From Dehalococcoidia bacterium (GTDB taxonomy: Bacteria > Chloroflexota > Dehalococcoidia > UBA2979), in NCBI GenBank assembly GCA_965198045.1, contig CBDAOL010000007.1:57612-121611 (forward strand): 64,000 bases of DNA, read 5' to 3'. The position numbers and the translations under genes are program-made. The notes under the pieces are model-generated. The model saw only the letters and a list, made by a program, of their open reading frames with translations, was not told the origin of the DNA and ran no database searches. The first letter of the stretch is position 1, and each line of letters begins with the position of its first letter. Of this stretch, positions 45,970 to 55,526 are shown one piece after another.

Positions 45970-47530
45970 GCGGCACCGCGTTGTAGAGCATCACCGGATC
46001 GCCCTCGAACGAGTCACTCTCGAGGTTCGCGATCACTACGATCGGGCGGCTCGCGATCACGACCGCTGCGCCCACCCAGTCGCTCGGCAGCTGCCGCTCC
46101 TCCCACTGACGGAAGGTGCGGCTGCCCACGACCGGCCGGCCGACGACGGCCTTGAGGCCCGTCGGGAACGCCTTCGAGAAGTAGATGACCGAGACGCCCG
46201 CGACCGATCCGTCGAACGTCAGCACGCGGAACCACGAGTTCCAACCGTCGCCCGTCAGCCAAGGGTTGAAGTTCTTGTTCGTCACGGGCACCACGACCTT
46301 CGTCGAGGCGTCCTGCGCCGTGAATCCGCGGTAGTCCGCCAGTGAACCGTCCTCTGACCGCCGTTGCCCGACCACCGCGATCGGCTGCACCGACTGCATC
46401 CGCACCGTGCCGAAGAACGTCGAGGGCAGCGCCGTGCCCTCCGGCAGGCAGCCGAGCGCCCCTGCGAAGTCCTGGTCGCAGGTGCGCGCGCCGAACACCG
46501 TGATCGTGTGCTCGAACTCGAACCGATCGCCGGAGGCGTCCGTGCCATCGAACAGCAGCGTCACCTCGGTCGGCACGCTCGGGTTTGCCGCCATGATGCG
46601 GAAGCGTGTGCTCCACGTGGACTCGCCCTCCGACGCGTTGCGGTCGACGAGGGGCAGCAGCACGACCCGCGCCGCCTCGTCCTGCCCGATCGCGCGGTAG
46701 GTCGCGAGCCCGGCCTGCGCTCGGTCGCGCGTATCGACCACCACGGCCGGGCGCTGGGCCTCCGCGGGGATGCCCGCGTCGCTGTCGTACGTGCGCAGCA
46801 CGGCTGCGCCGTCGAAGCCGAAGGGCACCGGCAATGTGAACTCGTTGCGCAGCATCGTGCCGCGCGCCTCGATCAGCTCGCCACCCTGCGAACAGCCGGC
46901 GCTGGGCGTCCGCGGATCGACGGTCGTCGGCGAGGTGTCGCCCGAGTCGTAGTAACTGATCTCGACGCAGATCGCGTGGTCCTCGCTCGCGTTCTGCACC
47001 GTGATGCGGGAGATGTACCGCTCCGTGTCCTGCACGATCGGCAGGTAGTGCACGTCCGTCCCCGCGCCCAGGCGTAGGCTCTCGCCCGCAATCTGCAACT
47101 CGCCGGTCTCGGGCCGGTAGACATCGCGCGCCAGCATCGCCACGAACGGCTGGTCGCTCTCGATGAATGCCGAGCCCCGGAAGCCCGCCGGCAGGTCGTT
47201 GTCGAACTGCTGGAAGAACGACCAGCCGAAGCCGCTGCGAATCTCGATGCAGCCGCCGCCCGTCGGGCAGCTGTCGGTCGCGAGGTAGCTGCCATCGCTA
47301 TCGAAGAAGTCGATGTCGATCGAGGAGGGCCCCTCGCCGACGTTCTGGATACGGATCCAGGAGTTCTCGTCGCCGAGGTCCACCTGCTGAGCGACGCCTC
47401 GGTCGCCGCCGCCGGCGATGAGCGCGATGCCTGCCACCGCCGCGAGGACGATCGACAGGCCGAGGGTCCGGAACGAGCGCGGTCGCATGCGCCGCGCGGA
47501 CGCCGCGAGCGGAACCAGCCTGCGTACCAC
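45962..47530 (-). CDS. Secreted or membrane-anchored protein of unknown function with internal beta-rich repeats
   Basis: N-terminal hydrophobic anchor (LGLSIVLAAVAGIALIAGG), 522 aa. Its stop overlaps the rnhA start by 8 nt. Confidence 0.7.
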   Translation of the reverse strand: MVRRLVPLAASARRMRPRSFRTLGLSIVLAAVAGIALIAGGGDRGVAQQVDLGDENSWIRIQNVGEGPSSIDIDFFDSDGSYLATDSCPTGGGCIEIRSGFGWSFFQQFDNDLPAGFRGSAFIESDQPFVAMLARDVYRPETGELQIAGESLRLGAGTDVHYLPIVQDTERYISRITVQNASEDHAICVEISYYDSGDTSPTTVDPRTPSAGCSQGGELIEARGTMLRNEFTLPVPFGFDGAAVLRTYDSDAGIPAEAQRPAVVVDTRDRAQAGLATYRAIGQDEAARVVLLPLVDRNASEGESTWSTRFRIMAANPSVPTEVTLLFDGTDASGDRFEFEHTITVFGARTCDQDFAGALGCLPEGTALPSTFFGTVRMQSVQPIAVVGQRRSEDGSLADYRGFTAQDASTKVVVPVTNKNFNPWLTGDGWNSWFRVLTFDGSVAGVSVIYFSKAFPTGLKAVVGRPVVGSRTFRQWEERQLPSDWVGAAVVIASRPIVVIANLESDSFEGDPVMLYNAVPLE

Positions 47531-47707
47531 TCGGCACGCCCTTCCTCGCCGCCCGCCCGTGTCTTCGTGTCAGGACCCATAGTGTCAGGACCCGGGCGTG
47601 ATCGTACCAAACCCTCGCCGCACGGCCCTCGACGGGTCGTGGCCCCTCGATGGTGCGCCGGGAATGGCGTACGATCCGCGCCCGGGCCGCCAGGCCCGTC
47701 GTTTGCG

Positions 47708-47784
47708 CGGGGTGTAGCTCAGTTTGGCAGAGCGCGTCGTTCGGGACGACGAGGTCCCCAGTTCAAATCTGGGCACCCCGACCA
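47708..47784 (+). tRNA. tRNA-Pro (anticodon CGG), CCA encoded
   Basis: The full cloverleaf was folded by hand: CGGGGTG-TA-GCTC-AGTTTGGCA-GAGC-G-CGTCG-TTCGGGA-CGACG-AGGTC-CCCAG-TTCAAAT-CTGGG-CACCCCG-A-CCA. Confidence 0.95.
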
Positions 47785-47898
47785 TCTTTCCTCAATAGCC
47801 ATGCGGTTTCCTGAGCCGGTGGCCACGCCTGGACGCAAAGACGATCCCCCAGGCCCGCGTATGGTCCCTGCGCGGCCGAGGCCAAGCCATCTGAACGA

Positions 47899-48749
47899 TC
47901 AGCGATGGGCATCCGGTCCGGAGCGAGCGAGCGCTTCTCGCATCTGGCTGAGCCACTCTGCGCCCAGTTGGCGCCCGTTCGGGAACTGGTCGTCTCGATC
48001 CCAGCGCCACGTTGCGATCATGGCAAGCACGAGGATCCGGCACTCGCTGAGCAACTCGTGGTCAACCTCCGGATAGCGCTCGCTGACCTCTTCGGGCACA
48101 TGTGCGAGGTCGAATTCGATCGGCCCACGGCAAAATTCTCGAGGTCTATGAACAGCGGGCCGGCTTTCGTGCTGAGCACGTTGGCTGGGTGCGGTTCGCC
48201 GTGCAGCAGCTGCTCGGCGGCGCCGCGGTCGCCGATCGCTCTCCTCAGGCTTCGTAGCGTGGTGCTCAGAAGCGCCCGGTCATCGTCGGCGAGCGCCGGA
48301 GCGCGATCGCGGCTTGCAACGAGGTTCTGAGCCTCTTCGACGCGATCCGTGAAGTGCGGCACCGTGACATCGAGTTCACGCATTCCGGAATGCAGCCGCT
48401 TGAGAGCATCCGCGTAGTCAGCTGGTGAGACCTCTTGAGGTGCCACAGGTTGGTAGTAGGTCCATAGCGTGACCGCGAAGCCGTCACGCTCGTAGACGCG
48501 CGGCTCCACCCGAGGCTCAAGAGCAGCCACTGGGCTATCGGCTTCGGCCAGCCGTTGAGCAAGGTCTACTTCGAACTGCGCAACCTCATGTCCTACGTGT
48601 GCCACTCGAGCAAGGACGTCACACGGCAGCAGGCGCAGCGCGAGTTTGTTCGAGTTCTGAAGAACGACCGCGTCGTGGACTGTCAGGTCGAGCGCTGCCA
48701 CGATCGACGTGGCCGCAGCGACCGCACGCTGGACCTCTGACGTCTTCAT
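47899..48749 (-). pseudogene. Aminoglycoside-phosphotransferase-like (APH/choline kinase fold) protein with one frameshift
   Basis: ORF 48018..48749 ends ...LLHGEPHPANVL...LFIDLENFA. The expected RGPIEFDLAHVPEEVSERYP... is in the frame of ORF 47899..48099. The switch is at the A/T run at 48132-48135. Confidence 0.7.
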
Positions 48750-48950
48750 CGTCGCCTCGTCGCTCTCCGCTGCCGGTCGGACTGTGCCAGTAATACATAC
48801 CGCCTACCCCTTAGGAGAAAGCGGCAGGGGGCCTCCAGTGTGCCCGGCGTGAGTGCGGCCGATAGCGAGCGTCGCCGGTGGCGCCTACCACGACCCTCGA
48901 TCGGGCTAGAGGCTCGTGGTCAGGCTGAGGCGCGATGACCGATGCCTACC

Positions 48951-49970
48951 TCAACGCGGCTGGACCACTTCGGCCGGGAGGGGGAGTCGGTAGACGCGGG
49001 CAGCTGTGTCGTGGAAGAGGGCCAGGCGCTCGTCCGAGGAGAAGCTGCCGGTCAGCTTCTTGAACTGGTTCCAGAGCACCGTGTACGAGCACGACGCGCG
49101 ATCGACCGGGAAGTTGCTCTCGAACATGGAGCGGGTCGGTCCGAACGCGTTGATCGCTTGCTCGTACCAGCGGCGGTTCGTCTCCAGTAGCTCGTCGGAC
49201 GTGGGCGGCGCCTCGCGCTCGTGCCAGCCGAAGCCGTTCACCGGCATCTGGATCCCGCCGAGCTTCATCACGACGTTTTCGTGAGCGGCGACGGCCGCGA
49301 TGTCCTCTCGCCACGTCGCGAAGATCTCGTCGGGGTCGCCTTCGCCGAGGATCGGCCCTCCGAGATGGTTGAGGATGATCGTCGTGTCGGGGAACGCCGA
49401 CGCGAGATCGGCCACGTCGCGCAGGTCGGGCTGGTAGAGCCACGCCTCGAAGGACAGGCCATAGCGGCGGAGATGGGCGAATCCGGCGCGGAACGACGCA
49501 TCGAGGAGCAGATGCTCGGCGCTCGCCGGCCGACCGGCGCCAGTCGGACCGGGCTCCGGCCATGCCGCTCGGTGTCGAACGCCGCGGAAGCGTTGCGGGC
49601 TCGCCGCGAGTTGCGCTTCGAGCACCGGGACCACGTCGTCGCCCAGCAGCAGATCGGCGGTGCCGACGATCCCGGCCGCCACCCGGCATGAGCCGTAGCC
49701 GCCGCTCGCGCTCTGCGCCGCGATGCCCTGCACAAACTCGGTCTCGCCGACCGGCCTCAGGTGCTCTGGCCCGGTGGCCCGGTACATCGCGCCGCATTCG
49801 ATGAACACCGTCTGGCGGACCTGATGACCGCTGGCGTCAGCTACGATCTCGTCGAGCAGATAGCGGTAGCCCGCACGGTCCCAGAGGTGGTGGTGCGGGT
49901 CGAGGATCGGAAGCTCGGGCTCTAGAGCCTCCTCCGGCGTTTGGCTCAGCCAGTCGTCGTTCAGCGGCAC
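48951..49970 (-). CDS. Amidohydrolase-2 family metal-dependent hydrolase
   Basis: ILDPHHHLWD..., IILNHLGGP, MKLGG, FESNFPVD motifs. Confidence 0.85.
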   Translation of the reverse strand: MPLNDDWLSQTPEEALEPELPILDPHHHLWDRAGYRYLLDEIVADASGHQVRQTVFIECGAMYRATGPEHLRPVGETEFVQGIAAQSASGGYGSCRVAAGIVGTADLLLGDDVVPVLEAQLAASPQRFRGVRHRAAWPEPGPTGAGRPASAEHLLLDASFRAGFAHLRRYGLSFEAWLYQPDLRDVADLASAFPDTTIILNHLGGPILGEGDPDEIFATWREDIAAVAAHENVVMKLGGIQMPVNGFGWHEREAPPTSDELLETNRRWYEQAINAFGPTRSMFESNFPVDRASCSYTVLWNQFKKLTGSFSSDERLALFHDTAARVYRLPLPAEVVQPR

Positions 49971-50383
49971 GTCAATCCGTTCCCACGGGCGACCGATCGG
50001 GGCGCTCGGAGTCTACGTCCTCGGGTCCCGGCGCGGGCCGAGCCGAGGTGACTGCAGCGAGGTGCCCTCGAAGGCGGGCGCCTCCTCGCTGAACATCAGA
50101 CTCGTCCTGACGGATCGCCATGTTCGGTGCACGCACCGCGAGCATCGCCGCCTCCGGTGACGCTCCGCGCAGCAGAGCTGACGTTCCATAAGCGCGCCTC
50201 ACGATGCGTGAACTCGACGTGCCAGTCGAGCACGTCTGGGACGCGGTCAGCACCGCCGAGGGGCTGACGTACTGGTTCCTCGGGCTCGAGAAAGATGCAC
50301 CTGAACCTGCGACCCGGCGCGTTGATTCACCACCGGCAGAGCCGGGTCGACGACATCGAGGAGCGCGCACGGCACGCAGCGAG

Positions 50384-50650
50384 CTAGGACGCCAGGCCGC
50401 GGTCGTTGAGGACGCGCTGCTCCAAGGGCAGCTCGACGTGGGGTTCCACGCGCTCGACCGATGTGGTGAGTACCAACTCGCGCATGAGCGCGCCCAGAGC
50501 CAGGCCGGGTGGCAGCAACAGCGGCAGCGCGACCATGGATGGCACGCCAGCGGCCATGCCCTCGAGCACCAGGGCGACGAAGACGAGATTGATTCCGGCC
50601 AGAGCTGCGATCGCCGCTAATTCGCGATACCTGTGCGAACGGATGAGCAT
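50384..50650 (-). CDS. Hypothetical small membrane protein
   Basis: 88-aa ORF with two hydrophobic segments. Confidence 0.35.
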   Translation of the reverse strand: MLIRSHRYRELAAIAALAGINLVFVALVLEGMAAGVPSMVALPLLLPPGLALGALMRELVLTTSVERVEPHVELPLEQRVLNDRGLAS

Positions 50651-50803
50651 GACGAAACACCTTCACGTGCGCGCGAGCCTGCGCAAGCGCCCTCTGTCTT
50701 CGTGATGGGTGAGGCCCCTCTATGCGTTCTGTCAGATTCCGTCGGAACAAACGCAAGACTGGTCGGCGGACCTTGGCGACAACCACCGGAGTGACGTCGT
50801 CGG

Positions 50804-52559
50804 CTACGCCTCGTCGCCGTGGAGCGCTTCGCCGCGGTTCAGCCGCGCCGCGATGTCGTACGTCTGGCCGACCGCGCGCACCGTCGGCGCATGCGCCGTC
50901 AGGAAGCGCGCGGCGCCGATCAAGACGTGGTCGCCCTCCGGACGGCCGGCGAAATTCGCGTACTGGCGCGCCGCCGCCTCGTAGATCTGGAACTCGTGGA
51001 ACCCGGCATCCTCGCGCAGCAGCGCATGTCCGAGGCTGGCCAGCACCTCGTCGTGCTCGCCCGCGGCCAGCCGGTCCGCGACGATCGTGGCCGTCTCGTC
51101 GACTCGCTGCTGCCGGTCGAATTCGGCGAGCATCGCCTCGCGTCCGCCGCTCGCGCCGTTCGTCGCGGGCAGCGGCTGCTTCGGCACGTTGAGGAACCGC
51201 TCGAGGTACACCGACATCGCGCCATCGAAGATCCCGCGCGCGAGCTCCCTCGAGGGTGCCCGCCGCATCGCCTGGTCGACGGCGTTGGTGTACGTGAACG
51301 TGTGGTGCACCGTGTCCCAGTCGCCGAATTCGTTCGAGATGTGGAAGTGCGCCGGCCGGCGCGCCGCCGCATAGGCGACTGTCGCCGCCAGCTCCACCAG
51401 CGGCACGCCGTCGCGAACGGCGTCGAGCATCGCGCGCAGCGACGTGCTCGGCTCCTCGTCCAGGATCGTCTCGGCCAGCGCGCGGTGGCCGTCCCACCCC
51501 TCGAGGCGTTCGCCTCCGGCGGCGAGCGCCTCGTCCAGCTCGGCGTCGGCCTCGCGCAGCTGCGCCGGCAGGTCGACCGGATGCTGCCAGCTCGACAGCT
51601 CCTCGGACCGCTGCCCGCGCACCATGTTGCCGATCAGGCTCGGAAGCACCGCGTCGGCGTGCTCCCAGCCGATGTGGTCCAGCAGTTCGCACGCCTTGTT
51701 CGCGAAGTCGAGCGCGTGGCCCTCGGCGAGGAAGAGATGGTCCGTGCAGGCGGCGAAGATCATGTCCGCCACCTGCACCGGCGAATGGCCGAGGCCGATC
51801 GCCGTCAGCAGCGTGCGCTCGGCTGGATCCGTAGACCGCGTCTCGATGAAGAGGCGGAACCACGTGCGGTACACCTCGGGCCGCGCCTCCTCGCTCTCGA
51901 GTGGTTCGAGGTCGAAGTCAGGCGGCTGGCCCGCCGTGTCGCGAGCCACGTGCATCAGTCCCTGGTAAAGCGCCCGCGGCCGGTCCACCTCGTCGAGGAG
52001 CGGCTGCACGTTAGCCATCGCGGTCAAGATCGAGAGCCCGGAGCTCCACCCGGCGGCGCGGTTGCGTGTGCCGAACAACGCCGCGCGCTCCAGCAGCGGG
52101 TCCGTCGCGTCGAGGTCGCTCAGCCCCAGCACCGATTTCGCCAGTACGAGCCTGATGTTCTGCTCCAGCCCCTCATCGAGCTTCTGCAGCCAGTGCGCGC
52201 CGCGGTCCTGCTCGAGTGGCGTCGGGTCGAGCCACACCTGCCCATCGCGCACCTCGGTCCGGAACGCCGCGACATCGTCCGCAAACGGATCGAAGGTGCA
52301 CCCCCCCGCGAGGTCGAAGCGGGCGTGGTGCCAGTGGCACGTGAGGATGCCGTCGCTCACCGTCCCGCGGCTCAGCGGAAATCCCATGTGCGGGCAGCGA
52401 TTGTCGAGGGCGTGCGGACGCCCCTCGTGGACGAACATCACGATCGTGCGACCACCCGCGGACAGGTCGCTCAGCCCCGCGGACCCGCGGCTGCTCGCGC
52501 TCAAGCTCCTCGATCGACCCGATGTGAACCAGCGTGTCGGTGTCAGATGTCGTCGTCAT
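50804..52559 (-). pseudogene. Rieske [2Fe-2S] domain protein with a large helical C-terminal domain; probable frameshift near the N-terminus
   Basis: CPHMGFPLSRG...LTCHWHHARF is the Rieske motif. The first Rieske strand (TLVHIGSIEEL) is encoded from ATG 52559 in another frame, which joins the main ORF (50804..52504) near 52500-52512. Alternatively the gene simply starts at TTG 52504. Confidence 0.6.
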
Positions 52560-52648
52560 GGCTCGATCCCGCCCGTCCGGCCCCTGAACGAAGCCCTCGC
52601 GGCGCATCGTACGCCTCCGAAGGTCGCGCAATCGGTACCATCGAGGCG

Positions 52649-53311
52649 ATGCCAGCAGTGACGCCAGATCCGACGACCGCCGGACAGATCGTGATCCTCA
52701 ACGGCGCGCCACGCGCCGGGAAGTCCAGCATCGCGAGCGTCATCCAGGACACGTTCGACGGCGTCTGGATGAACCTCGGCGTCGATCTCTACGCGCGGGG
52801 TGCGACGCCGCAGCGTCTCCAGCCCGGGATCGGGCTGCGCCTCGGCCCCGGCCCGCAACGCGGCGGGGAGCGACCGGACCTCGAGCCGCTGCTGCCGGTG
52901 CTCTACGCGGCGCTCTTCGACTCGGTCGCGGCGCATAGCCGGCTCGCGCTGAACGTCGTCGTCGACTGCGGCCTCCACCGCGCCATCAACCGGGCGATCC
53001 TCCCCGACTGCGCGCGTCGCCTCGAGGGGCTGCCGGTGCTCTTCGTCGGCGTGCACTGCCCGATCGAGGAGATCATGCGCCGCCGCAACGAGGCGGGTCC
53101 GGGACGCGGCTACGCGCGCGGCACGCCCGAGGTCCCGATTCCGCCGCCCGTCGCGCTCTGGCAGGAGGCAGTCCACGACCCCGGCCACTACGACCTCGAG
53201 GTCGACACCTCCGAGCTCACCCCCGAGGAGTGCGCCGCCCGCATCCGCGCCCGCCTCGACGACGGGCCGCCCGGCACCGCCTTCGCCGACCTCGCGACGC
53301 TGGAGGACTAG
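52649..53311 (+). CDS. Chloramphenicol-phosphotransferase-like (CPT family) P-loop kinase
   Basis: IVILNGAPRAGKSSIA Walker A, 220 aa. It is the genuine 3' part of the 830-aa ORF 50819..53311. Confidence 0.75.
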   Translation: MPAVTPDPTTAGQIVILNGAPRAGKSSIASVIQDTFDGVWMNLGVDLYARGATPQRLQPGIGLRLGPGPQRGGERPDLEPLLPVLYAALFDSVAAHSRLALNVVVDCGLHRAINRAILPDCARRLEGLPVLFVGVHCPIEEIMRRRNEAGPGRGYARGTPEVPIPPPVALWQEAVHDPGHYDLEVDTSELTPEECAARIRARLDDGPPGTAFADLATLED

Positions 53312-53446
53312 GGCGCCCCCCTCGAATGGCGCCTGCCTGGCCGAGGCCGAACGCCGCTCGACAACCCGCAAGCGCTCGCGTATATCACGCTCGCAATGCA
53401 ATAGCGGTGCGTCGGGTCACCCGCCGGTCGATGTGCCACCAACCCG

Positions 53447-53947
53447 TTGGGGGTATCGATGACGATTCAGCAAGTTGCAGCCTTCCGCGTGAACCCCGGC
53501 CACCGAGATCGCTTCCTCGGCGTGCTCGCCGAGGTGCAGGCGAACGCCGCGGCGGGCCGAGCCAGCCCGCGCGCTGGAACAGTGCTGTCCGGTCAAAACG
53601 CGGGCATGGTAGTGACGGCTACCGAGCACGAGAGCTGGGAGGCGTTTGCTGACTACAGCGACGCTTCTGACGCGAGTCCGCCGTCGCAACCGCTCCTCGA
53701 CGCGCTACGCGGGAGCGACCCGCCGGCCACGCTGGCTGGCCTGGGTATCCGTGCCCAGGTTGGCGACCATCCGGCCGAGAACAAGTCGTTCATCTCCAGC
53801 ATCTCGTTCGACGTGTTGTCGAACCGACCGGACGTCGTGGCCGCGATTGGTGGGATGAGGGACCTCTTCGAGACTGTCGGCGCATCGTCGAGGATCTTCG
53901 CGACGGCAAACGGCGATAACCCCGGCCGCCTGATCTATCGTCAGTGA
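53447..53947 (+). CDS. Hypothetical protein
   Basis: 166-aa ORF (the start may be ATG 53459). No motif recognised. Confidence 0.45.
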   Translation: MGVSMTIQQVAAFRVNPGHRDRFLGVLAEVQANAAAGRASPRAGTVLSGQNAGMVVTATEHESWEAFADYSDASDASPPSQPLLDALRGSDPPATLAGLGIRAQVGDHPAENKSFISSISFDVLSNRPDVVAAIGGMRDLFETVGASSRIFATANGDNPGRLIYRQ

Positions 53948-54214
53948 GTTTGACGGCCTCGGCGGTTGGGCTCGCTTCCGTGATGCACTGCAGACCACCG
54001 CCGACGGCGGCACGGCCCCACTGGCAGGCGTGCAGGAGCACATCCAGGGCGCAGGCATCAGCCACGTCAGGGCACTTCCGCTCTAGATCGACGGCGCAGC
54101 TCGCGAAGCGCATGGCCCGCCCCGCAGGGGCTGGCCTCTTCGCGTCCATCGCCCGCGCACATCGGCCGTACACAGTCCGTGGTGCTGCCGCGCCTCGGTC
54201 GCTAGCATCGGCGC

Positions 54215-54946
54215 ATGCCCGACACCGCAGCCTCGCGACCCCGCATCCTCATCACCCGCGCCGAGGATGTCCTCGGCGAGCACTGGGAGGAGTACGGCGC
54301 TGCCGTCGAGGCGGCCGGAGGCGAAGCCGCCCCACTCGACCTCGCCACGTTCGATGGCACGGTCCCCGCGTTCGATGGCCTGATCGTCACCGCCGGCGTC
54401 GACCTCGACCCCGCGCGGTACGGCCAGGAGCGCTCCGACCGCGTGCGCGAGATCAACGCCGAGCGCGACATCTTCGAGGAGACGGCCATCGCCGCAGCAC
54501 TCGAGCGCCAGCGGCCGTTGTTCTGCATCTGCCGTGGTCACCAGCTGTTCAACACCTCGCAGGGCGGCTCGCTGCTGCAACACCTCGAGGAGCGCGAACC
54601 CCACCGCGCCCGCTACGGCGCCGACGGCGAGACCATCGAGTCGGGTTGGCACGAGGTCGCCGTGGCGTCCGGCTCGCTCCTCGCGCGCATCTCTGGCGCT
54701 GCGACGTTGCGCGTCAACTCCCGGCACCACCAGGCGGTGCTGCCGGACGGCGTCGCTACCGGCCTCGCGGTCGTGGCGACCGCTCCCGATGGCGTCGTCG
54801 AAGCGCTTGAGGCGCCGGACCGCCCCTGGGCGCTCTCCGTCCAGTGGCACCCGGAACGACCTGAGATGATCGACGACCCTGACCTGCAGACCGGCTCCGC
54901 CGCGCTCTTCGAGGCCTTCGTCGAGGCGGCGAGAACCGCCCGATGA
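54215..54946 (+). CDS. Class I glutamine amidotransferase-like gamma-glutamyl hydrolase (peptidase C26, PuuD-like)
   Basis: FCICRGHQLFN (nucleophile Cys), VNSRHHQAV, SVQWHPE. Confidence 0.85.
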   Translation: MPDTAASRPRILITRAEDVLGEHWEEYGAAVEAAGGEAAPLDLATFDGTVPAFDGLIVTAGVDLDPARYGQERSDRVREINAERDIFEETAIAAALERQRPLFCICRGHQLFNTSQGGSLLQHLEEREPHRARYGADGETIESGWHEVAVASGSLLARISGAATLRVNSRHHQAVLPDGVATGLAVVATAPDGVVEALEAPDRPWALSVQWHPERPEMIDDPDLQTGSAALFEAFVEAARTAR

Positions 54947-55443
54947 CCGCCGCGCCCGGTCGCTTCCACTACTTCGGCTTCGGCTCGAACCTCGACATCG
55001 ACCGCCTGCGGATCCACTGCCCATCAGCCGAGCTCGCCTCCATCGCTCGCCTCGCCGGCTACCGCCTGGCGTTCACCCTCGAAAGCAAACGCAACTGGCT
55101 CGGTGGCGTCGCCGACATCCTCGACGCACCGGACGCCGAGGTCTGGGGCGCGCTCTGGTCGATCGACCACGGCGAGTCAGAGGAGCTCGACCGCCAGGAG
55201 GGCCTCTTCCGCGACCCGCCCGCCTACCGCCGACTCGCGATCGAGGTCGCGACGCCGGATGGCGACCTCGTCGCGTGCCGCAGCTACCGCGTCGTCACCC
55301 CCAACCTCGAGGGCTACGCACCCTCGCCCGCGTACAAAGAAACGCTGCTGCGCGGCGCGCGCGCTCTGGGCCTGCCCGCCGCCTACATCGCCGTCCTCGA
55401 GGCGCTCGAGCACAACGGCCGCGAGGGCGGCGGGCCGCGCTAG
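54943..55443 (+). CDS. Gamma-glutamylcyclotransferase (AIG2/GGCT-like)
   Basis: YFGFGSNLDIDRL N-terminal motif. ATGA overlap with the upstream gene. Confidence 0.75.
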   Translation: MTAAPGRFHYFGFGSNLDIDRLRIHCPSAELASIARLAGYRLAFTLESKRNWLGGVADILDAPDAEVWGALWSIDHGESEELDRQEGLFRDPPAYRRLAIEVATPDGDLVACRSYRVVTPNLEGYAPSPAYKETLLRGARALGLPAAYIAVLEALEHNGREGGGPR

Positions 55444-55526
55444 ACCCAGCGTGAGGACGCTCGACGTGACGAAGAACGGCCGCCCTTCGGGGCGGCCGTT
55501 CCGGAAAGTGGTCGCGAACGAGCGAG

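Noticed and set aside
50204-50380. SRPBCC/AHSA1-like N-terminal stub (VPVEHVWDAVSTAEGLTYWF).
   Set aside because: Only about 30 residues are recognisable before the frame breaks. Noted among the frameshifts but not called as a feature.
50819-53311. 830-aa plus-strand ORF.
   Set aside because: Its first ~610 codons are antisense to the Rieske-domain gene. Only the last 220 codons (from ATG 52649, Walker A GAPRAGKS) look like a real protein.
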